Positions 19,298 through 28,677 of a stretch of 64,000 nt of DNA are shown here, piece by piece. The stretch is taken from positions 5,498 through 69,497 of IMG/VR virus record IMGVR_UViG_3300044641_005939; one strand, 5' to 3'. Source of the stretch: a virus. Every line of letters starts with the position of its first letter. The first letter of the stretch is position 1. The notes beneath the pieces are model-generated. The model was not told where the DNA came from, did no database searches, and worked only from the letters and a program-made list of their open reading frames with translations. The translations under genes were made by a program, and so were the position numbers.

Positions 19298-19723
19298 ATG
19301 TACAGAATATATGATATCCTAAATAGTATTACCAAATCTATATCTAGTGAGGATGAAACCCCGGAAATGGAAATGCAAGAATATAAAGAAGATTTTTATG
19401 AAATGAGTGTTGGCTCATTAAGAGCAATTATGCAACATAGTCAGAACATACTGGAGTCCCTTGAGAATCCAAGTGTTAAAGAAAATTTGACAGAAAGCTG
19501 GCTACAGGGTAAGATTGCGGTTACAGAGGATTATATGAGAACAATCCACGATTTTATCATGTATGTCTCTGATTCTGACGATACATCAGAAGGCGCCTCA
19601 AAACCTGGACTTTGGGATAATATTCGTAAAAAGAAGGAAAGAGAAGGAAAGAAATATCGTCCAGCTAAACCTGGAGATAAAGATAGGCCAGATCCCGACC
19701 AATGGAAAAAGCTAACCAAATAG
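19298..19723 (+). CDS. Hypothetical phage protein
   Basis: Acidic N-terminal region, ESWLQGKIAV helix and basic KPGLWDNIRKK tail. Confidence 0.75.
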   Translation: MYRIYDILNSITKSISSEDETPEMEMQEYKEDFYEMSVGSLRAIMQHSQNILESLENPSVKENLTESWLQGKIAVTEDYMRTIHDFIMYVSDSDDTSEGASKPGLWDNIRKKKEREGKKYRPAKPGDKDRPDPDQWKKLTK

Positions 19724-20058
19724 AAAATGCTGCGGCAGACGATAAGCAACAATATTTGCTGTGGCTTATTCAAAGGATGCTTTATAAGTATGGAGAACCT
19801 AAGGGATTAGTTAAGCCCTTATATGATATTATAGAATCTTTAAAGCCTAAACCATACTCCTTAGATATTCTAGAGTCAGATTTGGATAGAATTATCGCAA
19901 AATATTATATGGATTTTAATTTGGATTCTTCTGAAGATTCAAATATAGGATTTTCTGAAGATCAACGAAAGGAATTAAGACAATGTATTAAGTCATTAGT
20001 AGCAGATGTGATCAATAAAAATATTCCCAAGGACAACATTATAAAGGATAAAGTATAA
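19702..20058 (+). CDS. Hypothetical protein
   Basis: 118 aa ORF in a coupled run. Confidence 0.7.
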   Translation: MEKANQIENAAADDKQQYLLWLIQRMLYKYGEPKGLVKPLYDIIESLKPKPYSLDILESDLDRIIAKYYMDFNLDSSEDSNIGFSEDQRKELRQCIKSLVADVINKNIPKDNIIKDKV

Positions 20059-20060
20059 AA

Positions 20061-20723
20061 ATGTTACTACAATTAAATGGTATCGGTAATCAGAAAATAG
20101 CATACAAAGACCACAAGGATATAGAGTTCGATAGTCTGCATGAGTATATTCTATTAGCAAAAAAGTCTATTTCTAAATTTTCTAATCAGTTCTATCAGGG
20201 ACTAGCCACAAAAATGCTCAAGGACGAGGATGCTATTTCTTCTATAGCTAACGCTATTATGATGGCAGACTGGCGATGGGATAATGACTACAAAAACACT
20301 AAAGGCACTAAGAAGACAAAATATTCATACAGAAACCAGTGTGCTTTGTGGGCCATTCAAACCTATGTTTCTAAGAACCATAAGAAAAACAAGAAATTTA
20401 AACAAGTTTATTCTTTGGACCATGTTCTAGAATCAAATGATGAATCTACTACAGCACATTCTTTCATAGAAGATTTTAGAAGCATATCCCCAGAAGATCA
20501 AATTATCAACAAGGAAGAAAAAGAACAACTCAGCTCACTAATTGAGAACCTTCTTTCTCTAGACTGTTTGACAGCTAGACAAAAAGACTATATTAGACTA
20601 TATTACTTTGAGTCGTATACCTTTGATAAAATCGGTAAAAAATATGGCATCACTAGAGAAGCTGTGCGTCAAGGATTAAACAAGGCTATTGAAACCATTA
20701 AGGAAATGGCAAATGTCAAGTGA
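20061..20723 (+). CDS. Phage RNA polymerase sigma factor (sigma70-like regions 2 and 4)
   Basis: C-terminal LTARQKDYIRLYY...TFDKIGKKYGITREAVRQ HTH; a region-2-like ADWRWD...KYSY segment. Confidence 0.85.
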   Translation: MLLQLNGIGNQKIAYKDHKDIEFDSLHEYILLAKKSISKFSNQFYQGLATKMLKDEDAISSIANAIMMADWRWDNDYKNTKGTKKTKYSYRNQCALWAIQTYVSKNHKKNKKFKQVYSLDHVLESNDESTTAHSFIEDFRSISPEDQIINKEEKEQLSSLIENLLSLDCLTARQKDYIRLYYFESYTFDKIGKKYGITREAVRQGLNKAIETIKEMANVK

Positions 20724-21111
20724 ACAATTTTTCAAAGTCAATATCAACGCTGTGGTCTTTGCCACAGATATTCCTAATAATAAAAAATATATTTTATCAA
20801 CAAAGGATACTGATCTTGAATTTCCACATTTAATCTTAGATATAGATAAGTTGTCTTCATTAAATTCCGTTTTAGTAAATTATTTAAAGCAGTATGTTTT
20901 TGTTAGTGATCTAGAACTATTGCCACAAATTATTAATTTGCACTCATCGGACATTAAAAATGAAGATCAAACTCCAACACTAAATGTTATTTATGGTTTT
21001 ATTGTTAATTATACGAATAGCATCAATAATTGTTATTGGATAGAGTTTGATTATTTAAAACCTATTCAGTATAGCAATCTTATTTTTGAGGTTATACAAA
21101 AACTAAAGTAA
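20713..21111 (+). CDS. Hypothetical protein
   Basis: ORF overlapping the sigma factor stop. Confidence 0.7.
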   Translation: MSSEQFFKVNINAVVFATDIPNNKKYILSTKDTDLEFPHLILDIDKLSSLNSVLVNYLKQYVFVSDLELLPQIINLHSSDIKNEDQTPTLNVIYGFIVNYTNSINNCYWIEFDYLKPIQYSNLIFEVIQKLK

Positions 21112-21112
21112 T

Positions 21113-21487
21113 ATGTATAATTTTATTAAAAATTTATTTAGTAAAAAACCATCTTTAGAATCCTCTACCAATAAAAAAGAAAACAGTATAACTTTTTTTA
21201 TTGATGATGATGATAAACTCAAGATAAGAATATTTATCGATGATACATCACCAAAATCATCAGAGTATTTTGGATTTTTATTGTATCTAATTAATGAGGG
21301 CTATTATGTTCAATCTATATTAGATACCTTATTTGAAATGTCTGAGGCTTATCCGGATTATGGGGTTTTTATTAGTAGTGTTATTCAAGAATGGTCTAAA
21401 AAGATAAAAGACGAACCAGAATATAAAGGTGAACAACATAAACCAATCATTGGGGCGTCTCAGTTTTACAATCATCTTGGAAAGTAG
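21113..21487 (+). CDS. Hypothetical protein
   Basis: 124 aa ORF. Confidence 0.7.
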   Translation: MYNFIKNLFSKKPSLESSTNKKENSITFFIDDDDKLKIRIFIDDTSPKSSEYFGFLLYLINEGYYVQSILDTLFEMSEAYPDYGVFISSVIQEWSKKIKDEPEYKGEQHKPIIGASQFYNHLGK

Positions 21488-21510
21488 TCAAAATAATACT
21501 AATATATAAT

Positions 21511-21984
21511 ATGACAAGCAATAAACCACTAATAGTTTGGGAAAAATGGATTGACCCATTTGGTCATGATTCTGACGAATCTGCGTGGACAGACTATAAT
21601 AATGAAAATCACACTATTCTCGATGAAATAGAAAACGCAGACGAGGAGGATGAAGATTACCCACACAAGAAAATTATTAAAAATACATCAAAACCAATCA
21701 AAGTTATCGCTTCACCACTAGGACTAATTCCTTACAATGAGCATACTGCTTCTGGTAAAATTTTTAATTTTTGGATTGGTCATGCAAATTTTAATATATC
21801 CCCCTTTATAAAAAATATTATTGAAGAAACAAATGGAGTAGAAATTTTAGATATATTTACTAGATATAGATTCAGAATAGCTGTTGGTAAATGTTTTAAT
21901 GATTCAGAAACGATGAAACTCATTAACGATAAAGTATATACTGCACTAGAGGAAATGAATGGTCAATCAGAACACACTACATGA
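21511..21984 (+). CDS. Hypothetical protein
   Basis: 157 aa; conserved-looking WIGHANF...GVEILDIFTRYRFRIAVGK segment. Confidence 0.75.
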   Translation: MTSNKPLIVWEKWIDPFGHDSDESAWTDYNNENHTILDEIENADEEDEDYPHKKIIKNTSKPIKVIASPLGLIPYNEHTASGKIFNFWIGHANFNISPFIKNIIEETNGVEILDIFTRYRFRIAVGKCFNDSETMKLINDKVYTALEEMNGQSEHTT

Positions 21985-22630
21985 TATTCATAACTATAAT
22001 ATTGATATAGATAATAGAGAAATCTATTTACATTCATACCTAGTAGACTCCGAAGAAGAGGGTGGGGTTGATTATAGATCAGCAGTAATTCTTGAAAAAA
22101 ATCTTAGATATCTAGATACTGTTTCATTAGACCCAATTCTAATACACATGCATCTTCCCGGTGGAAATTGGCAAGATTGTTTAGGGATGTTTGATACTAT
22201 AAAGTTTTGTAAGTCTAAAATTATTATACTGGCCTATGCTAAAGCAGAATCTTGTAGTGGTGTTTTGCTACAGTCTGCTGATCTAAGAATTTTAATGCCA
22301 AATACTAATGTAATGATTCATTATGGTTCATTTACATTAGATGGCGAACACAGTAAAGCTGCTGCTAGCTCAGTAAAGTGGAACGAGCAAGAGTGCGATA
22401 AGATGGTTGATATATTCACAGAAAGGTGTATGTATAGCAGTATTGCAAAAGAGAAGAATTGGAAAAAGATGATGGCTAAAAAGCATATTGTTTCACAACT
22501 AGCAAGTAAGTGTGATTGGATTCTAACATCAGAAGAAGCTGTTAATTATGGTTTTGCCGATGGTATTCTTGGAACTAAAAAATATCCCAACATTGATTAT
22601 GTAAAAAATTTAATGAAAAAATCTAAATAA
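21959..22630 (+). CDS. ClpP-like serine protease (S14)
   Basis: PGG, AES (Ser), VMIHYG (His) and DWILTSEEAVNYGFAD (Asp) motifs. Confidence 0.85.
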   Translation: MVNQNTLHDIHNYNIDIDNREIYLHSYLVDSEEEGGVDYRSAVILEKNLRYLDTVSLDPILIHMHLPGGNWQDCLGMFDTIKFCKSKIIILAYAKAESCSGVLLQSADLRILMPNTNVMIHYGSFTLDGEHSKAAASSVKWNEQECDKMVDIFTERCMYSSIAKEKNWKKMMAKKHIVSQLASKCDWILTSEEAVNYGFADGILGTKKYPNIDYVKNLMKKSK

Positions 22631-22631
22631 A

Positions 22632-23306
22632 ATGTACATTGATTTTGCTATTATTGATACTGAAATAAATGAAACATCAGCTAAAAATCTTATAAATGAA
22701 ATCGTTAGTTATCCAGTTAATAGTATAACAGTCCCATATTATTTAGTTAAGCCTATTAAAAATCTAGTACCAGATAAAATAGTAGTATCTTGTTTAATAG
22801 ATTATCCATTAGGTATTTCTGATCCTAAAACTAGAAAGTGTGCTATTGAGCAGGCTATAAAAGCTGGGGCAACGGCATTAGATCTGGTTATGCCACAAAA
22901 TTTAGCAGCTAATAGGAAGTATGACAAGATTAGGGATGATGTAAAAGTTTCTGTGGATTTATGTAAAGCCAATAATATTGAACCAAGATATATACTAGAA
23001 TATCGTGTTTTCGACCATCATTGTTTAAAAAAAATTTGCGAAATTTTTGAAACACATAACGTAACCCACGTCTATCCTTCTACGGGATACTTTCTAGATA
23101 ATTTAGCCGATAATATATTAGCCTCTATATTTTTATATCAAAATTCTAAAGATCTTAAAGTTGTATGTACGGGAAACACATGGACAGAGAAACATTTTGA
23201 AACTATGGTTAAATCTGGCCTATTTGGATATAGGACAACATCCATACACAGCTTAAAAAACTTCTTGATATTCAATTCTATAAACAAAAATAAAAACGGT
23301 GTATGA
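22632..23306 (+). CDS. DeoC (deoxyribose-phosphate aldolase)-like protein lacking the Schiff-base Lys
   Basis: IDYPLG, GATALDLV and ILE motifs; VYPSTGY in place of the canonical xKTSTGF. Confidence 0.75.
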   Translation: MYIDFAIIDTEINETSAKNLINEIVSYPVNSITVPYYLVKPIKNLVPDKIVVSCLIDYPLGISDPKTRKCAIEQAIKAGATALDLVMPQNLAANRKYDKIRDDVKVSVDLCKANNIEPRYILEYRVFDHHCLKKICEIFETHNVTHVYPSTGYFLDNLADNILASIFLYQNSKDLKVVCTGNTWTEKHFETMVKSGLFGYRTTSIHSLKNFLIFNSINKNKNGV

Positions 23307-23308
23307 TT
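23298..23308 (+). promoter_or_regulatory. Putative late-type promoter motif GGTGTATGATT
   Basis: About 50 nt upstream of a highly-expressed-looking gene that has its own terminator. Confidence 0.45.
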
Positions 23309-23354
23309 AATCAGTTCACACCAATCTATAAAATTTTTATTATGGAGTTTATAA

Positions 23355-23954
23355 ATGGCAACATCAAATTATGCTGGCACTCAACCATATGCTGGTAAAG
23401 CAACAGACGGCACAAATATTAATGCTGGTGAATATGGTCAATATACCACAGCTAATAACAATGGTGGCACAATTCGTGCTAATGGTTCAGTTAGTTCTGG
23501 CGTTGTAAATAGTGTTAAGACTGTTCGTCCAGTTGTAACAACTTTTGGTTCCACAGTAATAGAGAATTCTGTTACAGAAAAAGATTATGCTGGCAAAGCA
23601 ATAAGTGGTGGTACATTTGCCCACAATCATGTTAAACCAATTTCTAGTCTAATTACTGATGAACTTGCTGGTGTTTCTACAAATGTTATCAAAACACCAG
23701 GTAATGATGGAGATACAATTCGTGGCATCAATAGTCTAGTTACTCTAAGAACACGCAGATTCACAACCGCTATTAGAGCTAACAAGTATAACAGAGTTAC
23801 TGGTGCTTTTGATGAGAATTTCCCAGTTGTTGCAACAGATAGCCTTGCATCCGACACAGCAGCAGCAGTCACAAGAAGTTCACCCGGTAAACTAGTATTC
23901 CTTACTGGCAAACCAGCACCAACTTCTCAAAACTATGCATCAAAAACTAATTAA
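23355..23954 (+). CDS. Probable virion structural protein (Gly/Thr/Ala-rich)
   Basis: Composition, GGAG RBS, own promoter motif and downstream terminator. Confidence 0.6.
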   Translation: MATSNYAGTQPYAGKATDGTNINAGEYGQYTTANNNGGTIRANGSVSSGVVNSVKTVRPVVTTFGSTVIENSVTEKDYAGKAISGGTFAHNHVKPISSLITDELAGVSTNVIKTPGNDGDTIRGINSLVTLRTRRFTTAIRANKYNRVTGAFDENFPVVATDSLASDTAAAVTRSSPGKLVFLTGKPAPTSQNYASKTN

Positions 23955-23996
23955 TGATATTTATATAATTTAGAATTTAGAGGGCATTTACAGAAT

Positions 23997-24037
23997 AAAG
24001 CCATCATACTATCAAAGTATTGGTGGCTTTTTTCTTT
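23997..24037 (+). terminator. Rho-independent terminator
   Basis: Stem aaagccatcatac / gtattggtggcttt followed by a T-run. Confidence 0.8.
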
Positions 24038-24050
24038 GATGTATTTAACT

Positions 24051-24371
24051 ATGTCAGAAACTATTATTCATTTCTGGGAAAATATAGCAACCACAAGCAT
24101 TGGTATTATCGTAACAATGCTAGGATTCTGGGTGGCGATAGGAAAAAATATGGTTACAAAAAATGAGGTGGCACAACTTATTAAAAACGAAAGCCCCTAC
24201 CTTCAAGACCGTCAATTTATTATGGAAAGATTAGCTATTAATAAGGAAACACAAGCTGCTTTTGCTAATGCTTTACAGCGTAACACAGAAGTTATGACAG
24301 AACTAAAAATACAAATAGCAACACTAGGAAAAACCCTAGAAGCACTAGAAGATAGAATTGAACATAAATAA
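24051..24371 (+). CDS. Membrane protein with one TM helix and coiled coil
   Basis: SIGIIVTMLGFWVAIG plus a heptad-rich C-terminus. Confidence 0.75.
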   Translation: MSETIIHFWENIATTSIGIIVTMLGFWVAIGKNMVTKNEVAQLIKNESPYLQDRQFIMERLAINKETQAAFANALQRNTEVMTELKIQIATLGKTLEALEDRIEHK

Positions 24372-24374
24372 TTG

Positions 24375-24385
24375 GGTGTATAATA
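24375..24385 (+). promoter_or_regulatory. Putative late-type promoter GGTGTATAATA
   Basis: Intergenic, about 40 nt upstream of ATG 24422. Confidence 0.5.
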
Positions 24386-24421
24386 TTATATATCTATACA
24401 TAACAGACGAGAGAATAATAA

Positions 24422-24781
24422 ATGATTAAACCCGGATATCGTACCAGTGAATTTTGGTTTACTCTAGTTAGTTTTTTATTTAGTGGACTATATCTGTTAG
24501 GCTTATTAGATAGTAATACTCAAAAAGAAGATTTAATTCAAGAAACTACCAAAGGACTAGAAGCTACTATACTTATAATTGGGCAACTTACGGTTTTATT
24601 TAAATATATCAATGGAAGAACAAAACTAAAACAAACTTGGTGGAGTACAGCAACAGAAGACGAAAGAAAAGAAGCAAATATTAAAAATAGAGGTAAAAAA
24701 AATGTCAACAAGCATAGAACAAATAAAACTAGAAGCAGAAAAACTAACCAACCAAACCAAAGAATCTCTGAAAACAGTTAA
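24422..24781 (+). CDS. Holin-like small membrane protein
   Basis: KPGYRTSEFW followed by two hydrophobic segments and a highly basic tail. Confidence 0.55.
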   Translation: MIKPGYRTSEFWFTLVSFLFSGLYLLGLLDSNTQKEDLIQETTKGLEATILIIGQLTVLFKYINGRTKLKQTWWSTATEDERKEANIKNRGKKNVNKHRTNKTRSRKTNQPNQRISENS

Positions 24782-25130
24782 GATTATTGCACTAGCACAA
24801 GCGTGGAAAATTCTACAGCTAGTGGTAGCCGCTATAATTCAGATTATAGAAGAAATTGGTGCAGACTTAAGTAGTCCAGAAAAGAAATTATTAGCTATGG
24901 ATTGTGTATCTAAATTTTATGATAGTGTTTTCTTAGTAATAGATGTTCCCTTTGTTCCTAATATGGTTGAACCTATAATACATAAGCATGTGAAATCTAT
25001 ACTTATGATATTGGTCAGCTCAACAATTGATGCTATGGTAACCACTTTTAGAAATGCTGGTGTTTTTGTTGATCCAAGCGCTAAAGTAAATTCTATTCTA
25101 GATGTTATTCCAAAGGTTTCAGAAAAATAA
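24702..25130 (+). CDS. Hypothetical helical protein
   Basis: 142 aa; GAGG RBS upstream. Confidence 0.7.
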   Translation: MSTSIEQIKLEAEKLTNQTKESLKTVKIIALAQAWKILQLVVAAIIQIIEEIGADLSSPEKKLLAMDCVSKFYDSVFLVIDVPFVPNMVEPIIHKHVKSILMILVSSTIDAMVTTFRNAGVFVDPSAKVNSILDVIPKVSEK

Positions 25131-25142
25131 AGGTTTATTAAA

Positions 25143-25517
25143 ATGAATATAACAGAAAGTTTCGATCAATTTAGTAGTCGTATGAGCGGAATGGACTTAG
25201 CTCTTTATGCTGGTGTTGGTTTGGTTCTATGGGTTTTATTTAAAGATAAATTAAGTCCAGTACAAAAACTGTTAACTGATTTATTTAATAAATTTAATGT
25301 CTCTAATTCTAAATTACCAGTAGTTGAGGTTCCAAAGATTACTCCAGTGACAACGCCATCATCACAAACAGATGATACTTTCTTTAAGTTGGTAGTCTCT
25401 TGGAAGCAAACCAGAGACTTGGCAGAAAAAAGTAACTGTGTAGAAGCTATTAAGGTTGCTGATCAAATGTTTCCATTCTTATCTCCCAATGTTTGTAAAA
25501 AAGAGGAAAAGGTATGA
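25143..25517 (+). CDS. Hypothetical membrane-anchored protein
   Basis: TM segment LALYAGVGLVLWVLF. Confidence 0.7.
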   Translation: MNITESFDQFSSRMSGMDLALYAGVGLVLWVLFKDKLSPVQKLLTDLFNKFNVSNSKLPVVEVPKITPVTTPSSQTDDTFFKLVVSWKQTRDLAEKSNCVEAIKVADQMFPFLSPNVCKKEEKV

Positions 25518-26014
25518 TGAAGTCTACTAAAAATTTGTTATTAGTTTTAGCGGTTATTTTAATTCTTCTTGGCTTGTTTAAGCCAGATCTATCTTTTTTA
25601 ACTCCTACTATAAATCCTAATAATGTTGATGTGGTCGAATTAGTTGCTCCAACAGACGAGGCTGTAAAAAAAGAAACCGACGATGTTGTGCTTTTATTGA
25701 AAAATGCAAAAGCAGATAAATCGGACTTGGTAAGACTTCGTGATCTATGCTTAGATCTGGGGCGATTGGTAGAGCTTGATGGAGAAAATGAAGTAATTAA
25801 AAATACTGAAGAAATTCGTCAAGCAAATAGTTTATCTGGTGCAATGTTAAGACTGGATGTTAAGGGTAAATATGCTAACTTAGCCAAAGAATCTCAAGAT
25901 GTTATTGTAGCATCCATAGGTGATGATCATATTAATTTATCCAAAGAACTTAGACCCAAAGCAGTTGCAGGATTTAATGCTCTGGCTTGGGCTTATAATG
26001 AGGCTAGCAAATAA
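25514..26014 (+). CDS. Hypothetical exported/membrane-anchored protein
   Basis: N-terminal LLLVLAVILILLGLF. Confidence 0.72.
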   Translation: MMKSTKNLLLVLAVILILLGLFKPDLSFLTPTINPNNVDVVELVAPTDEAVKKETDDVVLLLKNAKADKSDLVRLRDLCLDLGRLVELDGENEVIKNTEEIRQANSLSGAMLRLDVKGKYANLAKESQDVIVASIGDDHINLSKELRPKAVAGFNALAWAYNEASK

Positions 26015-26937
26015 TGGCAAGATTAACACCACAAGACTGGTATAATAAATACAGAGAAGGATACGAAGGCGCCCGTTGGTCACAGCATGAATTTGATCAT
26101 CTTATGGAAACTTTAAAATATCCATATTTCGGTGATGCTAGTTCTAAAATTACTAACAGCGGTAAGGGAAAACTAAGCGTACCTTATAAGTCTGTATTAA
26201 AATTTGATAAGAAGCCTTATGAAGAAAGACAAGTTACTGGGGATTGTGTAAGCCATGGTACTAGAAATGCTTGTGATATTAGTAGAGCAGTAGAGATTGA
26301 TATTGGCGGTGAAAGAGAGGGGTGGGTAGCAAGAGGGGCAACAGAAGCTATTTATGGTGCTCGTGGATGGAGCGGCCAAGGGATGACAGGAAGTAAAGCT
26401 GCTGAATTTGTAAATAAAATAGGCGGCATTCTTGTTAGAAAAAATTATAAGGGAGTTATAGACCTAAGTAAATATAATGGAATGTTAGGTGCTGGTTGGG
26501 GAGGCAGAGGAGTGCCTGATGCTGTTTTAGATCTTGCTAATGATCATCAAATTAGAACAGTATCATTAATTCAAAGTGTTGAAGAAGCTAGAGATGCGCT
26601 TGCTAATGGTTATGGTATAGCAGTATGTTCTAATTATGGTTTTAGTAATAAAAGAGATAGCAAGGGTTTTTCTAAAACTAGCGGTAGTTGGGCGCATTGT
26701 ATGGCTTGGATAGCGTGTGATGATACTAATGGAGATACAGCATTTTTAGTACAAAATAGTTGGGGTAAATGGAATGATGGAGGTCATCCGGGTTGGGGTC
26801 CGGTGCCAGATGGGTCATTTTTAATTCATAGTGATGTGGCAGAAGGTATGATCAAACAGAATGCCACATATGCTTTTAGCAACTTTAATGGATTTCCTGT
26901 TCAAAAATTACCAGATTATGGGTTCGATTATCTATAA
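26014..26937 (+). CDS. Papain-like cysteine peptidase (C1)
   Basis: Q-VTGD-C-VSHG, WAHCMA and VQNSWG catalytic motifs. Confidence 0.88.
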   Translation: MARLTPQDWYNKYREGYEGARWSQHEFDHLMETLKYPYFGDASSKITNSGKGKLSVPYKSVLKFDKKPYEERQVTGDCVSHGTRNACDISRAVEIDIGGEREGWVARGATEAIYGARGWSGQGMTGSKAAEFVNKIGGILVRKNYKGVIDLSKYNGMLGAGWGGRGVPDAVLDLANDHQIRTVSLIQSVEEARDALANGYGIAVCSNYGFSNKRDSKGFSKTSGSWAHCMAWIACDDTNGDTAFLVQNSWGKWNDGGHPGWGPVPDGSFLIHSDVAEGMIKQNATYAFSNFNGFPVQKLPDYGFDYL

Positions 26938-26946
26938 AGGTGTATA

Positions 26947-27120
26947 ATGAGATTATTAGATAGAATTGCTCTACAAAGACTTATTAGTACTGTATTGGGG
27001 TTTATATTAGTCTTAGTAAAAATGGTTATGCCTCATCCAACTGAGGTAGATGAAGAAGAAGATACTCCAAAACCTAAACCAAGAAAAAGAAAACGTATTT
27101 TTCCAAAAATCTTACCATGA
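26947..27120 (+). CDS. Small 57-aa membrane protein (not in ORF track)
   Basis: MRLLDRIALQRLISTVLGFILVLVKMVMP...PKPKPRKRKRIFPKILP; ATGA overlap with the next gene. Confidence 0.65.
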   Translation: MRLLDRIALQRLISTVLGFILVLVKMVMPHPTEVDEEEDTPKPKPRKRKRIFPKILP

Positions 27121-27383
27121 ATAAAATTATATCTTTACTACTAGTGTCTTCTCTGTTTATTGCAGCATCTCCTTATCATGGCTCAACCACAGGCGCTGTT
27201 ACCTTGGCTGGAGCTATTATTAAAGCTAAACATACTGATAATGTAAAAAAATATAAAAGAAAAGATTGTCCGGTATGTAAGGGTAAGGGTTGGTATATGA
27301 GTGGTGATGGAATATCTAAAGTAAATTGTGGATACTGTGAACCAGAAAGTGGTGATATAACAGTACATCTTCGTAGCAAATAA
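27117..27383 (+). CDS. Signal-peptide protein with DnaJ-type CxxCxGxG zinc finger
   Basis: CPVCKGKG...CGYC. Confidence 0.72.
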   Translation: MNKIISLLLVSSLFIAASPYHGSTTGAVTLAGAIIKAKHTDNVKKYKRKDCPVCKGKGWYMSGDGISKVNCGYCEPESGDITVHLRSK

Positions 27384-27397
27384 GAGACTATAACACA

Positions 27398-27799
27398 ATG
27401 AATGATCACGATAAAGAAAAATTAAAAGCTTTAGCTATTAAAATTCTTAACAAAACTACCATATCGCAAGATGAAAAATTTGGTAGTGTTATAGCCATAC
27501 TCATGATTATTAGTATTGTTCTTACTTTAGTCAGAGTATTACAAGAATGTAATAAAAATAAATTATCAAAAGATTGTGCTGCTCAAGATAAGTATAATCT
27601 ATATGGATCTAATATTAAGGAATATAGCCTCCGTCGTGGATGGTTTACCAAAATGAGAATTAAAAAGGTATTGCGTCGTGAACTATCCAAAGAAGACTAT
27701 CAAAAATATAGCTTTGAACTTCTAAACGCAATATTAGATACTGGAGAAAAGGTCACGGAGGATGAAATTATTACCTTAGTGGAGAATGCAAATGTTTAA
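27398..27799 (+). CDS. Hypothetical membrane protein
   Basis: TM segment VIAILMIISIVLTLV. Confidence 0.7.
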   Translation: MNDHDKEKLKALAIKILNKTTISQDEKFGSVIAILMIISIVLTLVRVLQECNKNKLSKDCAAQDKYNLYGSNIKEYSLRRGWFTKMRIKKVLRRELSKEDYQKYSFELLNAILDTGEKVTEDEIITLVENANV

Positions 27800-28040
27800 T
27801 ATTTTAGTATGGTGTGTTTATGGTTTGTTTGTTGGTTCTATAGCTAAAAGCATAGTACCAGGAGAAGAAAATTTTGGTTTTGTTAAAACTATAGCATTAG
27901 GTGTGGCTGGATCGTATATGGGTGGTGCTATACTTTATATGTTAGGTCAATACAACGCTGTCTCTCCAGCAGGAGTTGTGATGGGTGTTGCTGGTGGTGT
28001 TCTAGCACTAGTGTTGTACAACAAGCTCACAACAAAATAA
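27792..28040 (+). CDS. GlsB/YeaQ/YmgE (transglycosylase-associated) membrane protein
   Basis: WCVYGLFVGSIAKSIVPG...TIALGVAGSYMGG family pattern. Confidence 0.85.
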   Translation: MFNILVWCVYGLFVGSIAKSIVPGEENFGFVKTIALGVAGSYMGGAILYMLGQYNAVSPAGVVMGVAGGVLALVLYNKLTTK

Positions 28041-28042
28041 TT

Positions 28043-28071
28043 CTTGACCATTTCGCCACAGTCGCTATAAT
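28043..28071 (+). promoter_or_regulatory. Sigma70-type promoter CTTGAC-N17-TATAAT (leaderless downstream gene)
   Basis: Consensus -10; ATG 6 nt downstream with no RBS. Confidence 0.75.
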
Positions 28072-28077
28072 AGTTCC

Positions 28078-28545
28078 ATGAGACCATCGTGGAATAATTA
28101 TTTTTTAGGCTTGGCTAAGGTTGTTTCTCAACGTAGTCATGATATGCAAACACAGCATGGTTGCATTATCACCGATTCCCACAATAGAATACTTGGTGTG
28201 GGATATAACGGCTTCCCAAGAGGATTAGACGATTCGTTGTTACCAAAAACTAGACCAGAAAAATATCCATGGATGATTCATGCTGAACGTAATGCTCTTT
28301 CTAATTGTGTTGTAAGACCAGATAATGGTATAGCATATGTTACAGGTCAATCCTGCAATGATTGTATCATGGCTTTGTGGCAAGAGGGTGTTACTAGGGT
28401 TATAATGTCAAATAATCATGGTACACATCTTTTTGATGAAGATGCTCAAAAAAGATTTGATATTTTTGTATCAATGAGTGGTATAAAAATTGAAAGAATA
28501 GATGCTGATCTTTCTTGGCTCAAGGATTTGAGTGGTGTATTATGA
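28078..28545 (+). CDS. dCMP deaminase
   Basis: GYNGFPRG, HAERNA and CNDC zinc motifs. Confidence 0.92.
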   Translation: MRPSWNNYFLGLAKVVSQRSHDMQTQHGCIITDSHNRILGVGYNGFPRGLDDSLLPKTRPEKYPWMIHAERNALSNCVVRPDNGIAYVTGQSCNDCIMALWQEGVTRVIMSNNHGTHLFDEDAQKRFDIFVSMSGIKIERIDADLSWLKDLSGVL

Positions 28546-28676
28546 ATATATGTTTTTATATAAGTGTTTGTTTCTATATTTATAGCCAAATGATTGGCGA
28601 TACAACAATGCAAAATCATTCGTTTCAATCACTAGTTGTATTAGGATTACTCTTTCTCGTCTTAAACAGGAGATAA
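28542..28676 (+). CDS. Small 44-aa hydrophobic protein (not in ORF track)
   Basis: ATGA overlap with the deaminase; ends 1 nt before the RNR ATG. Confidence 0.45.
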   Translation: MNICFYISVCFYIYSQMIGDTTMQNHSFQSLVVLGLLFLVLNRR

Positions 28677-28677
28677 A

